Shown: in pieces, positions 46,730 through 55,998 of the stretch
Position numbering within the stretch: position 1 is the first letter of the stretch
Layout of the letters: every line of letters begins with the position of its first letter
Assembly: GCA_020638905.1 (NCBI GenBank)
Contig: JACKHP010000002.1
Coordinates: forward strand, 258,910 to 322,909
Direction: 5' to 3'
From: Planctomycetota bacterium
GTDB lineage: Bacteria; Planctomycetota; B15-G4
DNA: 64,000 nt
Notes under the pieces: model-generated
What the model was told of the DNA's origin: nothing
The model's database searches: none
What the model saw: the letters and a program-made list of their open reading frames with translations, nothing else
Program-made: the position numbers and the translations under genes

Positions 46730-47620
46730 ATGTCCGAGTCCGCCACTCCCATCCGCCTCAAGACCGGCCTCGCCGAGATGCTCAAGGGCGGCGTGATCAT
46801 GGACGTGACCACCGTCGAGCAGGCGCAGATCGCCGAGGCCTCGGGTGCGTGCGCGGTCATGGCGCTCGAGCGCGTGCCGTCCGACATCCGGCGCGACGGC
46901 GGCGTGGCGCGCATGGCGCGCATCGACATCATCGAGTCGATCATGAAGACCGTCTCGATCCCGGTCATGGCCAAGGCGCGCATCGGACACTTCGCCGAGG
47001 CGCGCGTCCTGCAGCAGCTCGGCGTCGACTACATCGACGAGTCCGAGGTGCTCACGCCGGCCGACGACAAGCACCACATCGACAAGCACGCGTTCGACGT
47101 GCCGTTCGTGTGCGGCGCGCGCAACCTGGGCGAGGCGCTGCGGCGCGTCGGCGAGGGCGCGGCGATGATCCGTACGAAGGGCGAGGCCGGCTCGGGCAAC
47201 ATCGTCGAGGCCGTGCGCCACATGCGCCAGGTCGTGGGCGACATCCGCCGTCTCACGGTGCTCGGCGAGGAAGAGCTCATGGCCCAGGCCAAGGAACTGG
47301 GCGCGCCGTACGAGCTCGTGCGCATCGTGGCGCGCGACGGCAGGCTGCCCGTCCCGAACTTCGCCGCGGGCGGCGTGGCCACGCCGGCCGACGCGTCGCT
47401 CATGATGTCGCTCGGTGCCGAGGCGGTCTTCGTCGGCTCGGGCATCTTCAAGAGCGAGGATCCCGAGACGTTCGCCAAGGCGATCGTGCAGGCCACCACG
47501 CACTGGGACGACCCCGAGCGCGTGCTCGACGCCTGCCGCCAGGTCGTCAAGGCGCCGATGGTCGGCCTCGACCTCGACAAGCTCGACCCGAGCGAGATGC
47601 TCCAGACCCGGGGCTGGTAG
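46730..47620 (+). CDS. pdxS: pyridoxal 5'-phosphate synthase, lyase subunit
   Basis: [38 protein letters not shown] and [17 protein letters not shown] lies 7 nt before ATG 46730. Confidence 0.96.
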   Translation: MSESATPIRLKTGLAEMLKGGVIMDVTTVEQAQIAEASGACAVMALERVPSDIRRDGGVARMARIDIIESIMKTVSIPVMAKARIGHFAEARVLQQLGVDYIDESEVLTPADDKHHIDKHAFDVPFVCGARNLGEALRRVGEGAAMIRTKGEAGSGNIVEAVRHMRQVVGDIRRLTVLGEEELMAQAKELGAPYELVRIVARDGRLPVPNFAAGGVATPADASLMMSLGAEAVFVGSGIFKSEDPETFAKAIVQATTHWDDPERVLDACRQVVKAPMVGLDLDKLDPSEMLQTRGW

Positions 47621-47622
47621 CC

Positions 47623-48275
47623 GTGGCGGCGGTCGACGAGGCGCGGCGCATCGTGGACGGCGGGCCCGCACCACGCTCGCGGGACGGCGAGCGCTCACGG
47701 TCGCAGCTCGTGGTGGGCGTGCTCGCGGTGCAGGGCGACAGCGAGGCGCACGCGCGCTCGGTGCGCGCGCTCGGACACGTCCCGCGCTTCGTGAAGCGTC
47801 GCGAGCACCTGCAGGGATGCGACGCGCTGCTGCTGCCGGGCGGCGAGTCGACCACGATGCTCAAGTTCCTGCGGGCCGAGGGGCTCGACGCGGCCATCGT
47901 CGACTTCTGCGCGTCGGGGCGTCCCGTCTTCGGGACGTGCGCGGGCGCGATCCTGCTCGCGACGCGCGTGACCGGTCCCGAGCAGCCCTCGCTGGGAGTG
48001 CTCGACGTGACCGTCGAGCGCAACGCCTACGGACGCCAGCTCGATTCGTTCGTGGCGCACGCTGCGGACGACGCGGGCGACCTCGCCGGCATCGAGCTCG
48101 TGTTCATCCGCGCGCCGATCGTGCGCGAGGCCGGACCCGACGTCGAGGTCGTGCTCGAGCACGGCGGACTGCCGGTGCTCGTACGCCACGGCAACGTCTG
48201 GGCGGCCACGTTCCATCCCGAGATGACCGACGACGCGCGGCTGCTCGCGCGCGTGCTCGCGGACGCGCGCCCCTC

Positions 48276-48279
<4 letters not shown>
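47623..48279 (+). CDS. pdxT: pyridoxal 5'-phosphate synthase, glutaminase subunit
   Basis: VGVLAVQGD, LLLPGGESTT, FGTCAG and TFHPE. GTG 47623 lies 2 nt after the pdxS stop. The true start may be about 30 codons further in. Confidence 0.9.
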
Positions 48280-49046
<767 letters not shown>

Positions 49047-49147
49047 CCGAGTCCGCGGTGCCCGCGCGATTTGGGCACCGCTCGACGGCCGGCACCCCGC
49101 CGCGCCCTCGCCACCGTCGACGAGCACGCTCTTGATAGAGTGGTGCG

Positions 49148-49810
49148 GTGAACGATCTCGTCGGCAGGTCCCCGCTCTTCCCGTTGCCCTTCGGGGCCCT
49201 GCTGCCGGGACAACTCCTCCCGCTCCACGTCTTCGAGCCGCGCTACCGGCGCATGCTCGAGGTCGTGCGCAAGGGCGACCGCATGATCGCCATGGCGACC
49301 CTCGCCACGGGCTGGCCGGTCGAGGCGCTCGGCAACCCGCCGATCCATCCCGTGGTCGGCATCGGCCGGCTCGTGAAGGACAAGCTCAACGCCGACGGCA
49401 CGAGCGACATCGTGCTGCACGGCATCGTGCGCGGCGAGATCACGGCCGAGGCCGGCGGCGAACCCTACCGTCAGGCGCTCGTGCGCCTGCACCCCGACGA
49501 CGAAGACCACCCGGCCATCGCGTACCGCCTGCGGCGCGCGCTGCTCGAGGGGCTCAGCGAGCGGCTGGGCGGCAAGCTCGTGTGCGACGTGACGACGGGG
49601 TTCCAGCCGGGAGGCCTGGTCGATCGCATCGCCGTCGGACTCGACCTCGACCCCGAACAACGCGTCGAACTCATGCAGGCCATCGCACCCGAGAAGCGCG
49701 TGCACCTGCTGATCGAGGTCCTGGGCGAGCGTCGGCACCGCCAGAAGCTGTTCGCCCTCGTGCCCAAGCTCGCCGAATTCTCGCTCTCGCTCCAGGACAG
49801 CAAGACATGA
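49148..49810 (+). CDS. LON N-terminal substrate-binding (PUA-like) domain protein, no ATPase or protease domain
   Basis: SPLFPLPFGALLPGQLLPLHVFEPRYRRML... matches the Lon N-domain start. 220 aa. Confidence 0.8.
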   Translation: MNDLVGRSPLFPLPFGALLPGQLLPLHVFEPRYRRMLEVVRKGDRMIAMATLATGWPVEALGNPPIHPVVGIGRLVKDKLNADGTSDIVLHGIVRGEITAEAGGEPYRQALVRLHPDDEDHPAIAYRLRRALLEGLSERLGGKLVCDVTTGFQPGGLVDRIAVGLDLDPEQRVELMQAIAPEKRVHLLIEVLGERRHRQKLFALVPKLAEFSLSLQDSKT

Positions 49811-52800
49811 AGACCGCCTTCTCCGCGCTCTTCGGCGCCGTCGGAAGCACCCTCGCGCAACCCCGGCTGGTGTTCCTGCTGTGGCTCGTGAACGCGGCCG
49901 TCGCGCTCGTCCTCGTCGCGCCGCTCTTCGACGCGATCGACACGACGGTGGCGCACAACCCGCTGGCGTCCACGGCGCTCACGTCCTTCGACGACGAGGT
50001 GCTGGTCGACTTCGAGAACACGCACGCCCCGACGCTCGACGCCACGCTGCGCGGCGTGCGCACGGCCGCGCTGCCGTTCGTGCTGCTCTCGTCGATCCTG
50101 GCCATGGGCGTGCTCACGCAGCTCACGTCGCGACGAGGCGGCCCCGGCCTGCTGGCCGGCTGCGGACGCCACGGACATCGCGCCTTCTGGCTGCTCGCCA
50201 CCACGCTGCTCGCGCTGTGGGGCCTCTCGTTCGGCAGCGACGCGCTCTCGGGCTGGATCACCCGCTCGTTCACCGAGGGCGTGCGCGACGCGTCCGCCGG
50301 GTTGCTGGGCTGGACGATGACGGCGAGGTCGGCGCTCGTCGTGCTGGCGGCCGGGGCGCTGCTCACCGCGCATCGCGTGGCGCGTCTGCGCGTCGTGCTG
50401 GGCGGCGAACGCTTCGTCCCGCTCACGTGGCTGCGCGCGCTGGCGTCGGTGCTGCGTCACCCGCTCGCGGTGGGGACGGCCTCGATCCTGTCGCTCTTGC
50501 CGCTTCTGCTCGTGGGCTGGGCGCACCTCGTGGCGTCCGACGCGCTGCTGGCGAACGACGGATGGCTGCCGGGCGTGCGCCTCGAGTGGCGCATGCTGCT
50601 GCTGTTCCAGGTGACGCTGCTGCTCGTGCAGGCCGCGCTCGTCTACCGTGCCGCGGTCGACGTGCGCCTGTGGCCGCTGCTGCGTCCGTCCGACGGCGCG
50701 CCCGTCGACCCGATCGGCCCGTCCGACGTCGACCCGCTCGGACAGGGCGTGGCCGCGGCGGGTGGTGCGGCGCTGCTGTTCGTGGTCGCATCCGCGGGCG
50801 TGCTGCTCGCGTTCCGCGGAGAGACCCCGGCCGACGCCGCGACCGCCGCGCCCGCGCTGCCGGTCGCGACGACCGCCGCCCCCGCGCCGCCCGCCACGCT
50901 CGCGGCGGCCTCCGCCGAGCCCGCGGTTGCCGCACCCCTCGCGCAGGACGCCTCCGCGCCGCCTCCCCCGGCACGACCCGCCGCCCTCGACGCGCCCGCG
51001 TTCGTGCCGGCCGCGACGCCGCGGCGTCCCGAGCTGCGCAATCGCTACGCGATGGACGTGACCCTCGACCTCGCCGGGCACACGGCCGACGCGCGCCAGC
51101 GCGCGACCTTCGTGAACACCACCGACGCGCCCGTCCCCGACCTGTGGATGCACCTCTACGCGGCGGCGTTCTCCAACGACCGGACGATCTACATGCGCGA
51201 GTCCGCGCTGCTCGGACGCAACGGCGACGCGGTCGCCGAGCGCGGCGAGGCCGACGGCGGCGGCATCGAGATCCGCTCGGTGCGGCTCGAGGGCGCCGAG
51301 CTGGGCGACGCGGTCAGCATCGCCGGCGACGAGCGCGACGTGGGCGACGGACGCGATGCGTCGCTCATGCACGTGCGGCTGCCCGCGCCCGTCCCGCCCG
51401 GCGGACAGGTGACGCTCGAGATCGACTTCACCACGCGCTTCCCGCGCACCGTGGCGCGCATGGGGATGACCGGACTGCACCTCGACGGCATGCAGTGGTT
51501 CCCGAAGTTCTGTGCGCACGACGCGGGCGGCTGGCGGAACCGTCCCTTCTGGAGCACCGGCGAGTTCTTCGCCGACTTCGGCAGCTACGACGTGACGTTC
51601 ACCTGGCCGACGACGATCGACGAGCACCCGGTCGAGCTCGAGGCCACCGGCGTCCCGCACGAGCTGGTGGCGCGCGGCGACGGCATGCAGACGCGGCGCT
51701 ACCTCGCCACCGACGTGCACGACTTCGCGTTCACCGCCGACCCCGCGTTCCAGCGCATCGAGCGCGAGTGGACGGCGCCCGACGGCCGCAAGATCCCCGT
51801 GGTCTACCTGTGCCAGCCGTACGCGCTGCCGAAGGCCGACCTCGTGCTCGACGTCGTGCTGACGTGCCTCGACCGCTCCGCCGAGTGGTGGATGCCGTAC
51901 CCGTGGCCGCGCCTCGTGATCGACGGCCTGCCCTTCGGCCAGGGCGGCGGCATGGAGTACCCCATGCTGTTCACGATCAGCCAGAACCAGCCCAACCACC
52001 TCGCGTCGCTCGTCGACCTCTCCGAAGACCCGGCAGGCGTCACGGCGCACGAGTTCGGGCACCAGTACTGGTACGGCGTCATGGCCAGCGACGAGGTCGA
52101 CGAGGCCTGGCTCGACGAGGGCATCAACACCTGGTCGACGAACCGCTTCATGGACGCCTGGCGTCCGTCGCCCGGACGTGTCGGCGCACTCACGTTCCTG
52201 CGTCGCGACCTGGCCTGCGGCGTGGCGAACGGGTCGTTCTTCGGCTCGGGATGGCTCGACCCGGCGCAGGTCGTGGGATGGAGCGAGAGTCCGTTCCGCT
52301 CGTCGCGCAGCCTGCTGGGCTTCGGCTTCCCCGGCGTGCGGTCGCTGGCGCTCGACGACATGGGTGTCGACCGCGTCGCCTGGGAGAAGGCGCGCTACGC
52401 CGACGTCGCGAAGGTGCGTCCGCTCTCGGCACCCTCGCGCGACTTCACGCGCGGCTACGGCCCGATCGTCTACAGCAAGACCGGGCTCGCGATGGCGACG
52501 CTCGAGCGTCACCTCGGCCGCGACGGCATGGACCGCCTCATGCGCCGCTACGTCGAGTCGTTCGCCTTCCGGCACCCCACCGCCGACGACTTCCTCTCGC
52601 TCGTCGAGGCCGAGGGCGGACGTCCTGCGCGCACGCTCTTCGAGCAGCTCGTGCGGACGAACGGCACCGTCGACTTCGCCGTCGAGGAGGTGCGCAGCGT
52701 CGAGCAGGCTCCGCTGGTCGGCTTCCGTCCACAGCGGCACCCGGGCGACCCGTTCGACTTCGTGGCCGCCGAGGAGAAGCCCGCGCGTCCGTCGCGCCCG

Positions 52801-53331
52801 TTCTGGGAGCGCTGGTGGGGCGCGGTGTTCGAGACGCCCTTCCCGGGACACCGCGCGTCCGACGACGCCGTCGTGGACGCAGCCCACGCCGACGGATCCG
52901 GCGCGCCGCCGATCCCCGGCGAGGGCGACGCGACACGGGGCGACGACGCGATCGCGGACGACGCCGGCGCGAACGCCGACGCGAACGCCGACGCCGCGAC
53001 GCACGCCGCGCCGCCGTTGTGGATCTCGCGCTACGTCGTGCGCCAGAAGGGCGAGATCGAAGCGCCGGTCGAGATCGAGGCGCGCTTCGCCGACGGGTCC
53101 GTCCAGCGCGAGACCTGGGACGGACGCGGCGGGTACCACATCGTGCGCCACGAGTCCTCTGCGCCCATGGTGTCCGTCGTGGTCGATCCCGAGCGCCGCT
53201 TCGCCCTCGACCTCGACCGCAACGACAACGGCTGGCAGTCCGACGACGGCACGCGCACCGCACGCACCCTCGACGCGTTCGTCCACTTCGTGACGCAGTG
53301 CGACCTGGCCGGCTGGCAGCTGCTCTTCTGA
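49807..53331 (+). CDS. membrane-anchored M1-family (gluzincin) metallopeptidase
   Basis: ATGA overlap with the upstream stop at 49807-49810. The N-terminal ~330 aa are polytopic TM, followed by an Ala/Pro linker. Zinc site VTAHEFGHQYWYG...EAWLDEG (HExxH at 52048-52062 plus a downstream Glu). Confidence 0.8.
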   Translation: MKTAFSALFGAVGSTLAQPRLVFLLWLVNAAVALVLVAPLFDAIDTTVAHNPLASTALTSFDDEVLVDFENTHAPTLDATLRGVRTAALPFVLLSSILAMGVLTQLTSRRGGPGLLAGCGRHGHRAFWLLATTLLALWGLSFGSDALSGWITRSFTEGVRDASAGLLGWTMTARSALVVLAAGALLTAHRVARLRVVLGGERFVPLTWLRALASVLRHPLAVGTASILSLLPLLLVGWAHLVASDALLANDGWLPGVRLEWRMLLLFQVTLLLVQAALVYRAAVDVRLWPLLRPSDGAPVDPIGPSDVDPLGQGVAAAGGAALLFVVASAGVLLAFRGETPADAATAAPALPVATTAAPAPPATLAAASAEPAVAAPLAQDASAPPPPARPAALDAPAFVPAATPRRPELRNRYAMDVTLDLAGHTADARQRATFVNTTDAPVPDLWMHLYAAAFSNDRTIYMRESALLGRNGDAVAERGEADGGGIEIRSVRLEGAELGDAVSIAGDERDVGDGRDASLMHVRLPAPVPPGGQVTLEIDFTTRFPRTVARMGMTGLHLDGMQWFPKFCAHDAGGWRNRPFWSTGEFFADFGSYDVTFTWPTTIDEHPVELEATGVPHELVARGDGMQTRRYLATDVHDFAFTADPAFQRIEREWTAPDGRKIPVVYLCQPYALPKADLVLDVVLTCLDRSAEWWMPYPWPRLVIDGLPFGQGGGMEYPMLFTISQNQPNHLASLVDLSEDPAGVTAHEFGHQYWYGVMASDEVDEAWLDEGINTWSTNRFMDAWRPSPGRVGALTFLRRDLACGVANGSFFGSGWLDPAQVVGWSESPFRSSRSLLGFGFPGVRSLALDDMGVDRVAWEKARYADVAKVRPLSAPSRDFTRGYGPIVYSKTGLAMATLERHLGRDGMDRLMRRYVESFAFRHPTADDFLSLVEAEGGRPARTLFEQLVRTNGTVDFAVEEVRSVEQAPLVGFRPQRHPGDPFDFVAAEEKPARPSRPFWERWWGAVFETPFPGHRASDDAVVDAAHADGSGAPPIPGEGDATRGDDAIADDAGANADANADAATHAAPPLWISRYVVRQKGEIEAPVEIEARFADGSVQRETWDGRGGYHIVRHESSAPMVSVVVDPERRFALDLDRNDNGWQSDDGTRTARTLDAFVHFVTQCDLAGWQLLF

Positions 53332-53347
53332 GCGCGGGACGCGCGCC

Positions 53348-54904
53348 TCAGTAGCAACCCACCTGCATCGAGTCCCTGCGGCCACCGGCCACCCGTCCGG
53401 TGGCCACGTATCCGATCTGGCGCAGGCGTTCGGCGGTCACGTCGCTCACCGCGTCGAGGTCGAACGGCTTCTGGTGATCGGGGTCGGCCAGGAAGTCCCG
53501 CAACGCCGCCACGTGCCCGCGGAACTCGGGCGGCAGGCGCTCGGGCGCGCTCACGGCACCCACGTCGAGGTCGGCCAGCAGGTCGACCTGCTCGTGCGGA
53601 TCGGCCTGCAGGTCGTAGCCCTCGAGGCACGCGATCTCGAAGCCGCGCCCCGGCGCGACGTCGTACGGCGACTTGCGCGGGTGCGTCCCCTGCGGGTTGT
53701 AGACGAGCTTGTAGCGGGCGTCGACGACGCAGGTGATGAGGTCCTGCCACTCGATGAACGCGTACGGCGCGGGCGCCTGCTCGGTCTCGCCGCGCAGCAG
53801 GGGTGCCAGGGAATGGCCTTCGAGCGAGTCGTCGCCGGGCACGCCGAGCAGGTCGAGCACCGTGGGCACGATGTCGACGTTCTGCACGTGCGCCGGCACG
53901 CGCCGTCCGGCGGGCAGGCCAGGCCCCTCGATCACCAGCGGGATGCGCACCACGCCGTCGTAGACCGACGCGCCGTGATAGAAGTACCGGTTGTGGTCGA
54001 ACAGCTCCTCGCCGTGGTCGGCGGTGAGGACGACGTACGTCGAGTCGAGCTCGCCGAGCTGCTCGAGCTGAGCCAGCAGCCGCCCCACGCGCCGATCGGT
54101 GCCGGCCACTCCGCCGTCGTACAGTCCGAGGATGCGCTGCAACTCGGTCGCCGGCACGGGTCGGTCGCCGAGCGTGATCTGCCCCAGGAACTGCTCGAGC
54201 GAGGCCGACGAGTCGGGGCCCGGCGCGACGATCGCCTCGGGCACGCCGTCGGTGGGTCCGAAGTGCTGGTCCTCTGGCTGCGGGTTGTACGGCTTGTGGA
54301 CGTCGTAGAAGTGCACCCACATCGCGAACGGCCGCGTGCGGTCGACGCCCTGCAGGTAATCGCTCGCCGCCTTCTCGACGCGGTCGTCCCACACGTGCTG
54401 GAAGCGGCTCTCCATGCGCGCCTCGAGCACGCGCCGTCCGGCGTAGCCGTCGGACTTCACGTCGGCGCCGCGCGCCACCCAGGACTCGACCGGATCGTCG
54501 ACCTCGAAGTTCGCGATGAACACGCCGGTCTGCCAGCCCGCGTCGTGCAGCCGCTCGAAGAGCGTCGCGTGCTCGTGCGCCAGCGGATACCCGTTCTCGC
54601 GCAGCCCCGTGGTGATCGGGTACTTGCCCGTGATCATGGCCGAGATCGACGGGTGGGTCTGGCCGCGCGCCGCGAAGGCCGTCTCGAACAGCACCCCACG
54701 CTCGGCCAGCCCGTCGATCGACGGCGAGGGAGACGAGTTCCAGTCGTCGTTGCCGTACGTGCCCAGGCGATCGGCACGCAACGTGTCGATCGAGAGCAGC
54801 ACCAGGTTGTAGTCGGTGGGAGGCACCCCCGGAGACTTCGCCCCCTCCCCGCACGACGTGGCGAGCAGCAGTCCGGATGCGAGGGCGAGCAACGGACGTC
54901 CCAT
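53348..54904 (-). CDS. sulfatase-fold (alkaline-phosphatase superfamily) lipoprotein with Thr in place of the FGly-forming Cys/Ser
   Basis: ATG 54904. Lipobox LLLATSC. LVLLSIDTLRADRLG, then GQTHPSISAMITGKYP where canonical sulfatases have C/S-x-P-S-R-x4-TG. Also LTADHGEE. Confidence 0.85.
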   Translation of the reverse strand: MGRPLLALASGLLLATSCGEGAKSPGVPPTDYNLVLLSIDTLRADRLGTYGNDDWNSSPSPSIDGLAERGVLFETAFAARGQTHPSISAMITGKYPITTGLRENGYPLAHEHATLFERLHDAGWQTGVFIANFEVDDPVESWVARGADVKSDGYAGRRVLEARMESRFQHVWDDRVEKAASDYLQGVDRTRPFAMWVHFYDVHKPYNPQPEDQHFGPTDGVPEAIVAPGPDSSASLEQFLGQITLGDRPVPATELQRILGLYDGGVAGTDRRVGRLLAQLEQLGELDSTYVVLTADHGEELFDHNRYFYHGASVYDGVVRIPLVIEGPGLPAGRRVPAHVQNVDIVPTVLDLLGVPGDDSLEGHSLAPLLRGETEQAPAPYAFIEWQDLITCVVDARYKLVYNPQGTHPRKSPYDVAPGRGFEIACLEGYDLQADPHEQVDLLADLDVGAVSAPERLPPEFRGHVAALRDFLADPDHQKPFDLDAVSDVTAERLRQIGYVATGRVAGGRRDSMQVGCY

Positions 54905-55450
54905 GGACGGACTCCGCGGAAGTTGGGGGCGCACGACGCGGCGAGCATGGCACAGACGCACGCGAGGGGCGAGGGTGTTGGACGAGCCTCGTGCGCGGCC
55001 CGGCGACGTGCTCGGGTTCCAGCGCCCGGCTCCGGTCCTCGGGGACGCCGCCTGCGGCGACGCCCCTGCGGAGGTCGCCGGGCACTGGACCCTGCGCGCG
55101 TCTTGGTCCGCGCATGCGGAGTCGGGTGAGGGAATGAGCGTCGGCGGATGACGTCGTCGAGCACGGGGTGCGGCGCTTGGGGCAGCATCGAGTGCGGTCG
55201 GCGGATCACGCGCGGTGGGCGCGCCCGCAGGGGCGGGGCTCGCGGTCGACGGGGGCTCGAACAGTCCTCGCGGCCCTGCGGGCCGCTGCGGAACTCGCCC
55301 CCGCCGACGGCAAGATCCTCGGGGCGCGCGAGGGGAGCGCGTCGAGAGAACGAAGCGACGCGCTCGCTGCGCGAGCGACGCCGCGGCGGAGTACGTGGGT
55401 GCGCGTTGCTGCGACTCGCTGCGCTCGTCGCTCGGGGGGCTGAGCGTTCG

Positions 55451-55528
55451 TCGGGTTCGGTATCGGCTGCGACTGCGGAGTCGGCTTCGGCTTCGGCTTC
55501 GGCTTCGGCTTCGGCTTCGGGTTCGGCT
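55451..55528. repeat. hexanucleotide array (TCGGCT and variants), the reverse-complement relative of the 33491-33610 array
   Basis: Thirteen hexamer units: tcgggt tcggta tcggct gcgact gcggag, then six perfect tcggct (55481-55516), then tcgggt tcggct. Intergenic. Confidence 0.9.
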
Positions 55529-55885
55529 ACTCGAGCTCGCGCAACATTCGCGACGACGCCTCACTCGATGCGCGTGATGGCGCGCTCCGAGGCACATGCC
55601 CAGCGCGCTGCGAGTTCCGCAGCCGCCGCAGGCGGCGAGGACTGTCCGAAGCTGCGCGCTGCTGCGTGACGATCGTCAGCGGGCGCGCACGCAACGCCCC
55701 GAAGCGCCGCGCGTGCGACGTGGGCGCCGCGTCACGCCGCCACTTTGCTCGCGTCCGCCGAGCCGTTCATCCTTTCATCTCGCGAAGGGAGCGCCGCGCG
55801 AGCAGCGGCGGGCGATGTGGGACGGAGGCCAGGTGTTCCCCCACCTGGCCGCAGTCCCACGTCGCCCGACGCGTCGCGCACTCGG

Positions 55886-55925
55886 CCGACCTTGCAGCCC
55901 CACCGCCCGACCTTGCAGCCCCACC
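55886..55925. repeat. direct repeat CCGACCTTGCAGCCCCACC x2 (21-nt period)
   Basis: Identical 19-mers at 55886-55904 and 55907-55925, read from the sequence. They lie immediately next to the terminator hairpin of the peroxidase gene. Confidence 0.8.
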
Positions 55926-55935
55926 CCCCAAATGC

Positions 55936-55971
55936 GTACGGGCGCCGCGACCGAGGTCGCGACGCCCGTAC
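55936..55971 (-). terminator. terminator hairpin downstream of the peroxidase gene
   Basis: GTACGGGCGCCGCGACC..GGTCGCGACGCCCGTAC forms 16 of 17 pairs. On the minus strand it is followed by GCATTTGGGG. Lies 28 nt after the stop at 55999. Confidence 0.6.
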
Positions 55972-55998
55972 CGACTCGGAGGGGAGTGTCGGATCAGA

